A stretch of DNA of 64,000 nucleotides from Paracoccaceae bacterium (GCA_965219015.1 CBDCNH010000013.1:727474-791473); one strand, 5' to 3'; positions 1 through 10,472 are shown, counted from the stretch's first letter. Notes: generated from the sequence alone by a model not told the origin. Translations and numbers: made by a program.

Positions 1-1394
1 GCGAAGTCCTCGAGGGTCTTCACGCCGTCATGCGCCAGCGCTTCGATCATCTGGGGGGACAGGCCCTCGAATTCAATGAGCGCCTCCTCGGTGCCCATCG
101 CGCGGGCGGTCTCGAGCGCCTTGAGGTTGGCCGCCTCGAGGTTGTCGCGGGCGCGGGCCTGCAATTCGGACGCCGTGCTCTCGTCGAAGCCGTCGATGGT
201 CAGCAGCTCGTCGAGATCGACGTAGGCGACTTCCTCGAGCGTCGTGAAGCCCTCTGCCACGAGGAGCTGCGCCAGCACCTCGTCCACGTCGAGCGCCTCG
301 ACGAAGAGCGCCGTCCGCTCGGTGAACTCGGCCTGCCGGCGCTCGCTTTCCTGCGCCTCGGTCATGATGTCGATGTCGAGCCCGGTGAGCTGGCTCGCGA
401 GCCGCACGTTCTGGCCCCGCCGGCCGATCGCGAGCGAGAGCTGCTCGTCGGGCACCACGACCTCGATCCGCGTCGCGTCCTCGTCGATCACGACCTTCGA
501 CACCTCGGCGGGCTGCAGCGCGTTTACGAGGAAGGTGGCCTGGTCCTGGTTCCAAGGGATGATGTCGATCTTTTCGCCCTGCAACTCGTTCACCACCGCC
601 TGCACGCGGGAGCCCCTCATTCCGACGCAGGCACCCACGGGGTCGATCGAGCTGTCGTAGCTGATGACGGCGATCTTGGCGCGGCTGCCGGGGTCGCGGG
701 CGACCGCCTTGATCTCGATGATGTTGTCGTAGATCTCCGGCACTTCCATCTTGAAGAGCTCGGCCATGAACTGCGGGTCGGTGCGGCTGAGGAAGATCTG
801 CGGGCCGCGCAGCTCGCGCCGCACGTCCTTGATGAAGCAGCGGATGCGATCGTTGGGGCGGTAGCTCTCGCGGCCGATCTTTTCGTTGCGGCGCAGGATT
901 GCCTCGCCGCGGCCGATGTCGACGATGATGTTGCCGTATTCCTCGCGCTTGACGACGCCATTGATGATCGTGCCCTTGCGGTGCTCGAACTCCTCGAACT
1001 GCCGGTCGCGCTCGGCCTCGCGCACCTTCTGAAGGATCACCTGCTTGGCCGATTGCGCGGCGATGCGGCCCATCTCGACGGGCGGCACCTCGTCGCGGAT
1101 CTCGTCGCCGACGGTGGGTTCGGGCAGGAACTCGCGCGCCTGGTCCACCGTGAGCTGCGCCTGGTAATTCTCGACCTCGTCGACGACGGTGCGGATGCGC
1201 GTGAAGGTCGCCCGCCCCGTCTTGCGGTCGATGGCGACGCGGATGTCGAGCTCGGCGCCATAGCGCGACTTCGCGGCGCGCGCGAGGCTCTCCTCCATCG
1301 CCTCGACGACGAGGTTGGGGTCGATCATCTTCTCGCGCGCCACGGCCTCCGCGGTCTGCAAAAGCTCGAGCTGGTTCGCCGAGGTGATTGCCAT
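1..1394 (-). CDS. nusA: Transcription termination/antitermination factor NusA (C-terminus cut by window edge)
   Basis: Absent from the ORF track because it runs off the window. Reverse-strand reading from ATG at 1392-1394 gives [25 protein letters not shown]. The in-frame KH motif [31 protein letters not shown] lies near 560-650, and HhH-like C-terminal repeats continue to base 1. It lies directly downstream of rimP, as in the conserved rimP-nusA operon. Confidence 0.9.
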   Translation of the reverse strand, partial: MAITSANQLELLQTAEAVAREKMIDPNLVVEAMEESLARAAKSRYGAELDIRVAIDRKTGRATFTRIRTVVDEVENYQAQLTVDQAREFLPEPTVGDEIRDEVPPVEMGRIAAQSAKQVILQKVREAERDRQFEEFEHRKGTIINGVVKREEYGNIIVDIGRGEAILRRNEKIGRESYRPNDRIRCFIKDVRRELRGPQIFLSRTDPQFMAELFKMEVPEIYDNIIEIKAVARDPGSRAKIAVISYDSSIDPVGACVGMRGSRVQAVVNELQGEKIDIIPWNQDQATFLVNALQPAEVSKVVIDEDATRIEVVVPDEQLSLAIGRRGQNVRLASQLTGLDIDIMTEAQESERRQAEFTERTALFVEALDVDEVLAQLLVAEGFTTLEEVAYVDLDELLTIDGFDESTASELQARARDNLEAANLKALETARAMGTEEALIEFEGLSPQMIEALAHDGVKTLEDF

Positions 1395-1410
1395 GTGTGT
1401 CGTGCTCCCG

Positions 1411-2022
1411 TCAGTGGTGGGTCTCGCGGTGCGGCCCGTCATCGGTCCCGTCCGCGTCGTCGTCGCTCTCGTCGGTATCGATCTCGTCGAACTCCGTCTC
1501 GTCGATGACGCCCGACGCCTTCTTCTGGCGCAGCATCTCGGCGATCAGCTCGTCGGTCAGCAGAAGCTTGGCGTCCGACAGCCAGTCGAAGTGCAGCCCG
1601 ACGGTGCCTTCCTCGATCTCGATCAGCACGTCGTCGCCCTCGGTGCCGGCAAGCACGCCCTTGAAGCGCCGCCGTCCGTCGATCAGCTCGGCGGTCTCGA
1701 GCCGCGCCTCGTAGCCTTCCCAAGCGTCGAAGTCCTTCAGCCGCGTCAGCGGCCGGTCGATGCCGGGGCTCGAGACCTCGAGCGTGTAGGGATCGGTCAA
1801 CGGATCCTCGACGTCGAGCACCGCCGAGACCGCGACCGAGATGTCGGCGCAGTCCTGCACGACGATGCCGCCTTCGGGGCGGTCGGCCATGATCTGCAGC
1901 GTGCGCGTCTTGCCGGACATCAGCCGCACGCGCACGAGCTCGAAGCCGAGCGCCTCGATCGCCGGCGCGATGATCGCGGCCAGGCGACGGTCGATGGCAG
2001 TCTTGGCGACGAGGTCGGTCAT
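1411..2022 (-). CDS. rimP: Ribosome maturation factor RimP
   Basis: This is the inner part of ORF 1411..2271. The start is taken at [34 protein letters not shown] (ATG 2020-2022). The [11 protein letters not shown] motif is typical of RimP, and the protein has an acidic C-terminal tail. It sits upstream of nusA. Confidence 0.9.
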   Translation of the reverse strand: MTDLVAKTAIDRRLAAIIAPAIEALGFELVRVRLMSGKTRTLQIMADRPEGGIVVQDCADISVAVSAVLDVEDPLTDPYTLEVSSPGIDRPLTRLKDFDAWEGYEARLETAELIDGRRRFKGVLAGTEGDDVLIEIEEGTVGLHFDWLSDAKLLLTDELIAEMLRQKKASGVIDETEFDEIDTDESDDDADGTDDGPHRETHH

Positions 2023-2147
2023 GGGCTCATCCGGGCATAAAAAAACGGGCACGCGGCCCGCTGGATCGCTCCGGTGGGGTTCGGGGGTGGAAGCCGAACG
2101 CCGCTGTCGGATGCGATATAGGACAGGCTTCAGCGGACCGCAAGGCG

Positions 2148-3116
2148 TCAGCCCCGCAGCGCGTCCGTCACCCGGACGAGCTCGGCGCTGATGCCGGGTT
2201 CGGAGAGGGCGTGTCCCGCGAGCGGGATCATCCGCAGGTCTGCGCGCGGCCAGGCCTGCGCCAGCGTCCACGCGGCGACGGGCGGGCAGATCATGTCGTA
2301 ACGGCCCTGCACGATGGTGCCGGGGATGTCGGCGAGACGGCTTGCGTTGGCGAGGATCTGGTCGTCGGCATCCAGAAAGCCGCGGTTGACGAAGTAATGG
2401 TTCTCAAGCCGGGCGAAGGCGCGGGCATATTCGCCGGGGCTCTCGCCAAGCGGTCCTTCGTGCTCGATCGACGCGAGCGCGTTCTCCCACGAGGCCCAGA
2501 CACGGGCGAAGCGCGTCTCCTCTGCCGTGTCGCCGGAAAAGAGCCGCCGATGGTACGCTGCCACGAGGTCGTCGCGCTCGGCCTCCGGGATCATGGCGGT
2601 GAAGGTCGTCCAAAGGTCGGGCCAGAACTGCCCGGCGCCGCCGCCGTAGAACCAGGTGAGCTCGGCCTGCGTCATCAGGAAGACGCCGCGCAGGATAAGA
2701 TGCGCCACGCGCTCGGGATGCGCCTCGGCGTAGATCAGCCCGAGCGCCGCGCCCCAGCTCCCGCCGAAGACCGTCCAGCGATCGATGCCAAGCGCCGTGC
2801 GGATGCGCTCGATGTCGGCGACGAGATCCCAGGTGGTGTTGTGCTCGACAGACGCGTGGGGCCGCGACCGTCCGCAGCCGCGCTGGTCGAAGAGCACGAT
2901 GCGCCAGACTACGGGGTCGAAGTAGCGCCGCATCGCCGGGCTGCACCCGCCGCCGGGGCCGCCATGCAGCACGACGACCGGGATGCCCTGCGGGTTGCCG
3001 CACTCCTCGACATAGAGCCGATGGCCATCGCCGACCTCGAGCATCTGCTGCGCGTGCGGATCGAGCCTCGGATAGAGGAACTCGGCTGCGCGCTTTTGGC
3101 CTGCGATCCTGTCCAT
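2148..3116 (-). CDS. pip: Proline iminopeptidase (alpha/beta hydrolase, S33 family)
   Basis: This is the inner part of ORF 2148..4055, starting at [16 protein letters not shown] (ATG 3114-3116). Motifs seen: [16 protein letters not shown] and the nucleophile elbow GGSWG. Confidence 0.9.
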   Translation of the reverse strand: MDRIAGQKRAAEFLYPRLDPHAQQMLEVGDGHRLYVEECGNPQGIPVVVLHGGPGGGCSPAMRRYFDPVVWRIVLFDQRGCGRSRPHASVEHNTTWDLVADIERIRTALGIDRWTVFGGSWGAALGLIYAEAHPERVAHLILRGVFLMTQAELTWFYGGGAGQFWPDLWTTFTAMIPEAERDDLVAAYHRRLFSGDTAEETRFARVWASWENALASIEHEGPLGESPGEYARAFARLENHYFVNRGFLDADDQILANASRLADIPGTIVQGRYDMICPPVAAWTLAQAWPRADLRMIPLAGHALSEPGISAELVRVTDALRG

Positions 3117-3191
3117 GAGCGGATTATATAGGGCCTCGAGCGGCGGCGCACCAAGGGTCAACTGTCGCGCCACCGCACGAAGGAGAGCCCG

Positions 3192-3956
3192 ATGGCACCC
3201 GCGCAGGCGATGAGCGGATCCCGCACCACGATCGACGCGGGCGAGGTCGCGAAGTTCGAGGCGATGGCGGACGACTGGTGGGATCCGCAAGGCAAGTTCA
3301 AGCCGCTGCATATGCTCAATCCCTGCCGGCTCGACTACATCGCCGCACAGATCGCCGCCGAGTTCGGCCGCGACCGCGATGCCGCGGCACCTTTCGAGGG
3401 ACTGCGCGTCCTCGACATCGGCTGCGGCGGCGGGCTTCTCTCGGAGCCGATGGCACTGCTCGGCGCGGACGTCGTCGGCGCGGACGCAGCTGCGCGCAAC
3501 ATTCCGGTGGCCGAGGTGCATGCCGCGCGCTCGGGGCTCAAGATCGACTATCGCCACACCACGGCCGAGGCGCTGGCGGAGGCGGGCGAGCGCTTCGACG
3601 CCGTCCTCAACATGGAGGTCGTCGAGCATGTCTCCGATCCGCCGGCCTATCTCGCCGCCTGCCACGATCTGTTGAAGCCCGGCGGCATCATGATCTGCTC
3701 GACGTTGAACCGCACCCCGAAGAGCTTCATGATGGCGATCGTGGGGGCCGAATATGTGATGCGCTGGCTGCCGCGCGGCACCCACGAGTGGTCGAAGTTC
3801 ATCACGCCGTCCGAATTGCGTGCGATGCTCCGCGAGGCTGGGCTCGATCCGGTCGACGCCAAGGGCTTCGTGTTCAACCCGCTGGGCTGGTCGTGGTCGC
3901 TGTCGGACCGCGATTTCGGGTGCAATTACGTGACCGCGAGCGTAAGGCGAGCGTGA
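3192..3956 (+). CDS. ubiG: 3-demethylubiquinone-9 3-O-methyltransferase
   Basis: N-terminal [31 protein letters not shown], the SAM motif [13 protein letters not shown], and EVVEHV. An alternative start at 3210 is possible. Confidence 0.9.
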   Translation: MAPAQAMSGSRTTIDAGEVAKFEAMADDWWDPQGKFKPLHMLNPCRLDYIAAQIAAEFGRDRDAAAPFEGLRVLDIGCGGGLLSEPMALLGADVVGADAAARNIPVAEVHAARSGLKIDYRHTTAEALAEAGERFDAVLNMEVVEHVSDPPAYLAACHDLLKPGGIMICSTLNRTPKSFMMAIVGAEYVMRWLPRGTHEWSKFITPSELRAMLREAGLDPVDAKGFVFNPLGWSWSLSDRDFGCNYVTASVRRA

Positions 3957-4011
3957 CGGAACGCGGGCGCGGATCGCGCGTTCGCACCGAAAGTGCCGGA
4001 AAGGGGGACGC

Positions 4012-4806
4012 GTGACATACGAGACGGATGGTTCCCTTGAGGCGGCATCTTCCAAGGCGACACATCAGCCTCCGACGGCCGACGCGGGCTTGCATGCGTT
4101 CTTTCTCGACTTCGATGGCGTGCTCGTGGAGATCGCCGAAACACCCGACGGGGTGCGCGCGGCCGACGGCGTCACAGGTCTATTGAACCGGCTTCACGAT
4201 GCCAGCGGCGGCGCGCTGGCGCTGGTGTCGGGGCGCGAAGTCGCGCAGCTCAGGCACCACCTCCCGGGCGTCTCGGCGACGCTCGTCGGCGGGCACGGCG
4301 CCGAACGGGGCCGCCCTGATGGCGGGATCGACGCGCTGGCCAAGGTCGACGAAACCGAGGTCGCGCGGCTCCAGCACGCGGTCCGGGGCTTCGCGGCCGG
4401 CGACCCGGCGTATCTCGTCGAGACCAAGGCAACGGGTGTGGTGCTGCACTTTCGCCGCAAGCCCGGCCTCGCCGAAGAGGCGGAGCGGTTCGTCGCCGGG
4501 TTGCTGGCGGACACCGACAGCTTCCACCTCCATCACGCCAAGATGGCGCTGGAGCTGCGACCCGACGGCATCTCGAAGCGGCAGGCGGTTCACGACCTGA
4601 TGCGCGAGGCGCCGTTCGAGGGGCGCACGCCCGTCTACTTCGGCGACGACACCACCGACGAGCCGGCGCTGGCCGACGTCGCGGCGGCGGGCGGCATCGC
4701 GGTCAAGGTCGGCGAGGGGGCGACGGCCGCCACCTACCGCGTTTCAGGACCGACGGAGGTGGCGGACTGGCTGCGTGCCGTCGTCGCGGCGGCGGACGCT
4801 CGGTGA
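4012..4806 (+). CDS. otsB: Trehalose-6-phosphate phosphatase
   Basis: HAD motif I FFLDFDGVLV and the C-terminal YFGDDTTDE motif. GTG start. Its stop overlaps the otsA start (GTGA). Confidence 0.85.
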   Translation: MTYETDGSLEAASSKATHQPPTADAGLHAFFLDFDGVLVEIAETPDGVRAADGVTGLLNRLHDASGGALALVSGREVAQLRHHLPGVSATLVGGHGAERGRPDGGIDALAKVDETEVARLQHAVRGFAAGDPAYLVETKATGVVLHFRRKPGLAEEAERFVAGLLADTDSFHLHHAKMALELRPDGISKRQAVHDLMREAPFEGRTPVYFGDDTTDEPALADVAAAGGIAVKVGEGATAATYRVSGPTEVADWLRAVVAAADAR

Positions 4807-6161
4807 GCCGTCTCGTCGTGATCTCCAATCGTCTGCCGCTCGGGGACAATCCCTCCGGCGGCCTCGTGGTCGCGCTGAACGCGGCGCTGGCGGGCGGGGG
4901 GCTGTGGATCGGCAACTCCGGCGAGACCGCCGAAACGCCCGTGACCGAGTTGACCGAGCACACCGGCGCACCGTTCGATCGGCTGAGTTTCGATCTGACG
5001 CCGCAGGAGCACGCGGACTATTACCTCGGTTTCGCCAACTCCGTCCTTTGGCCGCTCTGCCACGGCCGGACCGACCTTCTCGATCTCCGCGCCGAGTATC
5101 TCGAGGCCTACCGCCATGTGAACCGGCGCGTGGCGAAGATGATCGCCGAGGTCGTGCGGTCCGGCGACACGATCTGGGTGCAGGACTACCACCTCATCCC
5201 GATGGCCTGGTATCTGCGCCAACTCGGCGTCATGGCGCCGATCGGCTTCTTTCTGCACATCCCGTTTCCGGGGCCCAACGAGTTCAACGCCATGCCGAAC
5301 GGCGACGAGGTCGCCCGCTGGATCACCGCGTTCGATCTCTTCGGCCTGCAGACGCAGCGCGACGTATCGGCCTGCCTCGAGGTGTTCCGCACCCTCGACG
5401 GCGGCGAGATCCTCATCAACGGGCGCGTGGCCGTTGGCGGTGACGACGTGCGCGTGGCGAGTTTCCCGATCGGCATCGAAGCCAAGGCCTTTTCCGAAGC
5501 CGCCGCGACCGCCGAGCCGCGGGGCGATCCGCCGCCCTACCTCATGATCGGTGTCGACCGGCTCGACTATTCGAAGGGGCTGCCGCAGCGGTTCAGGGCC
5601 TTCGGACAGCTCCTCGAGCAGCGCCCGGACCTCAAGGGCCAGGTGGAGCTCCTGCAGATTGCGCCTCCCACGCGGGACGGCGTCGCGGCCTACGATGAAG
5701 TCCGCAACGAGCTCGAACAGCTTTCCGGCCAGATCAACGGCGCCAACGCCAACCTCGATTGGACGCCGATCCGCTACATGCACCGCGCCTTGCCGCGCGA
5801 GTCGCTCGCGGGGCTCTACCGGCAGGCTCATGTCGGGCTGGTGACGCCGCTCGCCGATGGAATGAACCTCGTCGCGAAGGAATACGTGGCGGCACAGGAT
5901 CCCGCCAACCCCGGCGTGCTGGTGCTGTCGAAGTTCGCCGGCGCGGTCGAGCAGATGGGCGATGCGCTGATCGTGAACCCGCACGACATCGACGAGATGG
6001 CGCAGGCGCTCGTGACCGCGCTCTGGATGTCCGTCGGCGAGCGGCGCGAACGGCACCAGCGGCTGATGGCGGGCATCCTCGCTCAGGACGTGGACTGGTG
6101 GCGCCGCACGTTCCTCGATCAGCTCGCGGCGAGCCCCCGTGCGATGGCGCTGGCCGGTTAG
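4803..6161 (+). CDS. otsA: Alpha,alpha-trehalose-phosphate synthase (GT20)
   Basis: MSRLVVISNRLP N-terminus, VQDYHL, GVDRLDYSKGL and PLADGMNLVAKEY motifs. Translationally coupled to otsB. Confidence 0.9.
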   Translation: MSRLVVISNRLPLGDNPSGGLVVALNAALAGGGLWIGNSGETAETPVTELTEHTGAPFDRLSFDLTPQEHADYYLGFANSVLWPLCHGRTDLLDLRAEYLEAYRHVNRRVAKMIAEVVRSGDTIWVQDYHLIPMAWYLRQLGVMAPIGFFLHIPFPGPNEFNAMPNGDEVARWITAFDLFGLQTQRDVSACLEVFRTLDGGEILINGRVAVGGDDVRVASFPIGIEAKAFSEAAATAEPRGDPPPYLMIGVDRLDYSKGLPQRFRAFGQLLEQRPDLKGQVELLQIAPPTRDGVAAYDEVRNELEQLSGQINGANANLDWTPIRYMHRALPRESLAGLYRQAHVGLVTPLADGMNLVAKEYVAAQDPANPGVLVLSKFAGAVEQMGDALIVNPHDIDEMAQALVTALWMSVGERRERHQRLMAGILAQDVDWWRRTFLDQLAASPRAMALAG

Positions 6162-6415
6162 CGTTCCAGCAGCGCGTCGAGCTTACCCGCGCGGTCGAGC
6201 GCGTAGAGGTCGTCGCACCCGCCGACATGCGTGTCGCCGATGAAGATCTGCGGCGTCGTCCGCCGCCCGCCGGCCCGCGCCGCCATCGTTTCGCGCAACG
6301 CGGGGTCGCGAGACACGTCGGTCTCGGTCACGGCGACGCTCTTGCCCGCCAGCAGCCGCAGCGCGGCCGAGCAGTAGCCACAGAGCGGCTGGGTGTAGAT
6401 CTCGACGGTCGGCAT
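6158..6415 (-). CDS. grxC: Glutaredoxin 3
   Basis: Inner start MPTVEIYTQPLCGYCSAA (ATG 6413-6415). CGYC active site, then TTPQIFI and GGCDDL motifs. 85 aa. Confidence 0.9.
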   Translation of the reverse strand: MPTVEIYTQPLCGYCSAALRLLAGKSVAVTETDVSRDPALRETMAARAGGRRTTPQIFIGDTHVGGCDDLYALDRAGKLDALLER

Positions 6416-6474
6416 CGGTCCCTCCGAGGTTGCCACGGGAGACATAGTCATCGCCCGCGCCGGCTGCCAGCCTC

Positions 6475-7230
6475 TCATGCGTCGCGTGCGGCGCGGGCGA
6501 GCACGAGGATGCTGACGCGCGCGGCGCCACCCGCCAGACAGGCCTCCGTCGCCGCGGTGAGCGTGGCCCCGGAGGTCAGCACGTCGTCGACGAGGAGGAT
6601 CTCCGCGCCCGCGACCCTAGCGGCGCGTCGCGGATGCAGCGCCAGCGCCGCGGCGAGGTTGGCGAAGCGGCCGTCATGGTCGCGGCCTTCCTGCGTCGGC
6701 GTGCGCCGCGGACGGACGAGCAGGTCCGGGCAATGGGCGAGCCCTGCCTCCGCCGCCACCGCCTCGGCCAGGATCGCCGACTGGTTGTAGCGGCGCGCGA
6801 CGAGACGGCGCCAGTGCAGCGGTACGGGGGCGACCAGCGTACGAGGCGTCAGGATGGGCGCGGCGGCGAGGGCCATCCAGCGCCCGAGCGGGCGCGCGAG
6901 GTCGAGCCGGTCGCCGTGCTTGAGTGCCAGCACCAGCCGCCGTCCGGTCCCGCCGTAGGTCAGCGCCGCGCGGCCGCGCGACCACGGGCGCGGCACCGCG
7001 AGGCAGTCGTCGCAATGGACGGGCGCGCCCGGCTCGGAGGTTCCGGCGAGCGGCGTGCCGCAGAGGTCGCAGACGGTGCCCGCAACGAAGCCGGTATCTC
7101 GCCAGCATGCGCTGCAGAGCCCGAACTCGGTGGTTACGCGCTCATCGCACGCAAGGCATTGTGGCGGATAGACCGCGCGCAGCACCGCGCCGAGCCGTTC
7201 CGGAATGACGCGCAATCCTGTCGCTGGCAT
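6475..7230 (-). CDS. ComF-family phosphoribosyltransferase-like protein
   Basis: N-terminal double zinc ribbon (CLACDERV...CSACW; CDLCGTPL...HCDDC). C-terminal PRTase motif ILLVDDVLTSGATL. Confidence 0.8.
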   Translation of the reverse strand: MPATGLRVIPERLGAVLRAVYPPQCLACDERVTTEFGLCSACWRDTGFVAGTVCDLCGTPLAGTSEPGAPVHCDDCLAVPRPWSRGRAALTYGGTGRRLVLALKHGDRLDLARPLGRWMALAAAPILTPRTLVAPVPLHWRRLVARRYNQSAILAEAVAAEAGLAHCPDLLVRPRRTPTQEGRDHDGRFANLAAALALHPRRAARVAGAEILLVDDVLTSGATLTAATEACLAGGAARVSILVLARAARDA

Positions 7231-7258
7231 TCCCGGCCGTCTCCCCTAGCTCTCGGGC

Positions 7259-8092
7259 ATGGCCGATCTCACCGATCACACCGCACTATCGCTGCACCGC
7301 GCCCGCGCCGCCCGCATGCCGGTGACGTTCCTCCACGAAGCCGTCGCCGCCGACATCGAGGAGAGGCTCGCGGAGGTTAAGAGAACCTTTACGGCGCCCG
7401 CGATCGTGACCGGTCACCCCGATTTCTGGAGGACTGTGCTTCCGCGGGCACAGGTCGTCGCGGACAAGCCCGTCCTCGCGCTTCTACCCGAGGCGCACGA
7501 TCTCGTCCTCCATGCGATGTCGCTGCACTGGGCCGACGATCCTGTCGGACAGCTCGTGCAATGCCGGCGCGCGCTCCGTCCCGACGGGCTCCTGATCGCG
7601 GTCTTTCCGGGCGGCCGGACGTTGACCGAGCTCCGCACGGTGCTCGCGGATGCCGAGATCGCCGAGACCGGCGGGCTTTCGCCGCGCGTCGTGCCGATGG
7701 CCGAGGTCCGGGCGGCAGGGGCGCTCCTGCAGCGTGCCGGACTGGCGCTCCCGGTCGCCGACACGAGCCTGCTCGCGGCAAGCTACCCGTCGCTTCGCGC
7801 CTTGATGCACGATCTGCGCGGCATGGGAGAGACGAACGCGCTCGCGGCACGCCTCCGGCGGCCGACGCAGGCCGCGATCTTCGCTCGGGCGACCGCGGAC
7901 TATGCGGCGCGCTACCCGTCCGGCAGCGGGCGCATCGCGGCGACGTTCGAAATCCTCACGCTCACCGGCTGGGCGCCCGGACCGGGCCAGCAGCAGCCGC
8001 TCCGGCCCGGCTCGGCGGCGATGCGACTGGCCGACGCGCTCGGCACGGCCGAACGTCCGCTCGGCGAGCGTGCCGATCCCTCGCGCGATTGA
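7259..8092 (+). CDS. Class I SAM-dependent methyltransferase-like protein
   Basis: 277-aa ORF divergent from comF. The overall pattern (LHWADDPVGQL, LRPDGLLIAVFPGG) resembles BioC/NDUFAF5-type methyltransferases. The exact function cannot be read from the sequence. Confidence 0.65.
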   Translation: MADLTDHTALSLHRARAARMPVTFLHEAVAADIEERLAEVKRTFTAPAIVTGHPDFWRTVLPRAQVVADKPVLALLPEAHDLVLHAMSLHWADDPVGQLVQCRRALRPDGLLIAVFPGGRTLTELRTVLADAEIAETGGLSPRVVPMAEVRAAGALLQRAGLALPVADTSLLAASYPSLRALMHDLRGMGETNALAARLRRPTQAAIFARATADYAARYPSGSGRIAATFEILTLTGWAPGPGQQQPLRPGSAAMRLADALGTAERPLGERADPSRD

Positions 8093-8142
8093 CCCACGGC
8101 AAAAAGCGGTTATGTCCGCGGGATGCCGACCTTGCTGGATCC

Positions 8143-9240
8143 ATGACGATGCTCGACGCCGGCAAGCCCGCGGCGGCGCTCAAACCGACCGCGGCGGTGG
8201 CGGCAGCCCCGCCGTCGCATGCGCCCGCCGACCATCCGTCGCTTCCGGCCGAGAAGATCGGCGTGCTCGTCTCGAACCTCGGCACGCCGGACCATCACGA
8301 CTACTGGTCGATGCGGCGATACCTCAACGAGTTCCTGTCGGACCGCCGCGTCATCGACTATTCGCCGTGGATCTGGCAGCCGCTCCTGCAACTCGTGATC
8401 CTGACCAAGCGGCCCTTTTCGTCGGGCAAGAACTACCGCTCGATCTGGAACGAGGCGGCCGACGAGAGCCCGCTGATGACGATCACCAAGGCGCAGACCG
8501 CGAAGCTCCGTGCCGCGGTCAAGGCGCGCCACGGCGAGCGCGTGATGGTCGACTTCTGCATGCGCTACGGCAATCCTTCCACAAAGTCGGCCGTTCGCGC
8601 GATGATCGAGGCCGGCTGCCGCAAGATCGTCTTTTTTCCGCTCTATCCGCATTATGCGGGTGCCACGACGGCGACCGCCAACGACCAGTTTTTCCGCGCG
8701 ATGATGCTGGAGAAGTGGCAGCCGCCGGTCCGCACCGTGCCTGCGTACTACGACCGGCCGATGTATATCGATGCCCTGGCGCAATCGGTGGAACGCGCCT
8801 GGGCCGGGCTCGCCGAGAAGCCCGACCTTCTGGTCTGCTCCTACCACGGGATGCCGCGGCGGTATCTGATGGAGGGCGACCCCTACCATTGCCAGTGCCA
8901 GAAGACGACGCGGCTTCTGCGCGAGCGGCTCGGCTGGGACGCCGAGCGGATCGTCACGACATTCCAGTCGCGCTTCGGCCCCGAGGACTGGCTGCAGCCC
9001 TATACGGTCGAGGAGGTCGCGCGCCTCGCGGCGTCGGGCAAGAAGCGCATCGCGGTGATCGCGCCCGCGTTTTCCGCTGACTGCATCGAGACGCTCGAGG
9101 AGATCAACGCCGAGATCCGTGAGAGCTTCGAGCATGCCGGGGGCGAGGGCTTCACGTACATCCCCTGCCTCAACGACGACGATGCCCATATCGAGGCCCT
9201 GCTGGACGCGACCGAGGCAAGCCTCGCGGGCTGGCTCTGA
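8143..9240 (+). CDS. hemH: Ferrochelatase
   Basis: Inner part of ORF 7561..9240, starting at MTMLDAG (ATG 8143). Motifs seen: GVLVSNLGTPD, RRVIDYSPWIWQPLL, FFPLYPHY, SYHGMP and FQSRFG. Confidence 0.9.
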   Translation: MTMLDAGKPAAALKPTAAVAAAPPSHAPADHPSLPAEKIGVLVSNLGTPDHHDYWSMRRYLNEFLSDRRVIDYSPWIWQPLLQLVILTKRPFSSGKNYRSIWNEAADESPLMTITKAQTAKLRAAVKARHGERVMVDFCMRYGNPSTKSAVRAMIEAGCRKIVFFPLYPHYAGATTATANDQFFRAMMLEKWQPPVRTVPAYYDRPMYIDALAQSVERAWAGLAEKPDLLVCSYHGMPRRYLMEGDPYHCQCQKTTRLLRERLGWDAERIVTTFQSRFGPEDWLQPYTVEEVARLAASGKKRIAVIAPAFSADCIETLEEINAEIRESFEHAGGEGFTYIPCLNDDDAHIEALLDATEASLAGWL

Positions 9241-9251
9241 CCGGATGCGAA

Positions 9252-9279
9252 AACGGCGACGGATTGCTCCGCCGCCGTT
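9252..9279. terminator. Hairpin between convergent hemH and a small ORF (possible bidirectional terminator)
   Basis: AACGGCGACGG-ATTGCT-CCGCCGCCGTT forms an 11-bp stem with one mismatch. On the reverse strand it is followed by TTTCG. It lies 12 nt after the hemH stop. Confidence 0.4.
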
Positions 9280-9298
9280 CTGAGCAGGACGGGTCCGT

Positions 9299-9490
9299 TC
9301 AGTTCGAGACGGCCGCGGCCACGAGCACGATCAGCAGGAGCGGGACGATGATGCCGGCGTTCGAGGACGACGACTTCGGCTGTTCCTGAACGACGACCGG
9401 TTGTTGCTCCACGACCGGCGGCGTGAGGTTGCCGGCGAAGGATGCGGTGGCGGTGACCGACAGGACGGCGGCGAGTGCGAGTTTCTTCAT
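9299..9490 (-). CDS. Small exported/membrane-anchored protein (63 aa), unknown function
   Basis: A GGAGA Shine-Dalgarno lies 5 nt before the ATG. Signal peptide MKKLALAAVLSVTATASFA, a Pro/Gln/Val-rich linker, then a C-terminal hydrophobic helix GIIVPLLLIVLVAAAV. Confidence 0.6.
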   Translation of the reverse strand: MKKLALAAVLSVTATASFAGNLTPPVVEQQPVVVQEQPKSSSSNAGIIVPLLLIVLVAAAVSN

Positions 9491-9635
9491 GGGTTCTCCG
9501 ATGTGCGCCCGGCGTCAACGAATAAGAGGGCGGCTTTGGGCCTCCGGCCAGCTCCTCACGCCTTCGACAAACCAGCTAAATCCCGCCCATGCAAAGAAAC
9601 TTCGCAGGCGCCGTGCAGCGCGCCGGGAGTCTTCG

Positions 9636-10235
9636 TCAAATTAGCAACACCTGTGTCCCGACCTTCGCAAGCTCGAACAGCTCCTCGACGTGCTCGTTGT
9701 ACATGCCGATGCAGCCGCTGGACGACCGGCGGCCGATCTTGCGCGTGTCGTGCGTGCCGTGGATGCGGTAATATTGCCACGAGAGGTACATCGCCCGGGT
9801 TCCGAGCGGATTGTTCGGGCCGGCCGGCACGAAGTCGGGCCACTCGGGATCGCGCGCCTTCATCGCGGGGGTGGGCGACCAGGTCGGGCCGACCACCTTG
9901 CGGATGATCTCGGTGCGACCCCGCCGCGTCAGTTCGTCCGACATCGGCACGCTGGTCGGATAGAGCTTGTAGATGCTCTGGTCCTCGGACCAGAAATGCA
10001 GCGCGCGCGACGACACGTCGACGAGGATCGCTCCCTTTCGCGTGTTGCTGAAGTACGGCTGCCACTGCAGCGACCGGAAACTCGAGATGTTGTGCCGCGT
10101 GACCTCGCCGAGCGGCAGCGGCTCCTCGAGCGCAGGGACGGCCCAGACGGCCGGAGCCGCGAGCGCGCCCGCGGTCACGGCGGCGGTGCCGAGGAAGGCA
10201 CGCCGGCTCAGGTGGCGCTTGGACAATTCGGACAT
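9636..10235 (-). CDS. L,D-transpeptidase (YkuD domain) with Tat-type signal
   Basis: Start taken at MSELSKRHLSRRAFLGTAAV (ATG 10233-10235, with GAGGAG upstream). Catalytic motif IHGTHDTRKIGRRSSSGCIGM. Confidence 0.85.
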   Translation of the reverse strand: MSELSKRHLSRRAFLGTAAVTAGALAAPAVWAVPALEEPLPLGEVTRHNISSFRSLQWQPYFSNTRKGAILVDVSSRALHFWSEDQSIYKLYPTSVPMSDELTRRGRTEIIRKVVGPTWSPTPAMKARDPEWPDFVPAGPNNPLGTRAMYLSWQYYRIHGTHDTRKIGRRSSSGCIGMYNEHVEELFELAKVGTQVLLI

Positions 10236-10350
10236 GGTCTGCTCCTCGGTTCCCTGATGCGGCCGCGCGCGCCCGCGATAGCCCGACCGATTACGCTCGC
10301 TGTCGGTCAGGAGCAACTCAAACCCGCGTCATCGCACTTTAATTTGCGGC

Positions 10351-10432
10351 GTCGGGGTCTGGACACCGCACATGAAGGTCGGGGTTTGAAACACTGCAGA
10401 TGAAGGTCGGGGTTTGAACACCGCACATGAAG
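10351..10432. repeat. Three tandem 27-28-bp direct repeats in a divergent promoter region
   Basis: The three units are GTCGGGGTCTGGACACCGCACATGAAG, GTCGGGGTTTGAAACACTGCAGATGAAG and GTCGGGGTTTGAACACCGCACATGAAG, read directly from the sequence. Confidence 0.85.
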
Positions 10433-10472
10433 GTTGTATGCCTCCGCCGCAATCGACCGGAGACGAACCCTG

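Noticed and set aside
30-1508. A 492-aa ORF on the plus strand covering the first 1.5 kb.
   Set aside because: It is antisense to a motif-perfect nusA. Its translation is Arg/Leu/Asp/Gly-rich with no recognisable domain, which makes it a typical high-GC shadow ORF.
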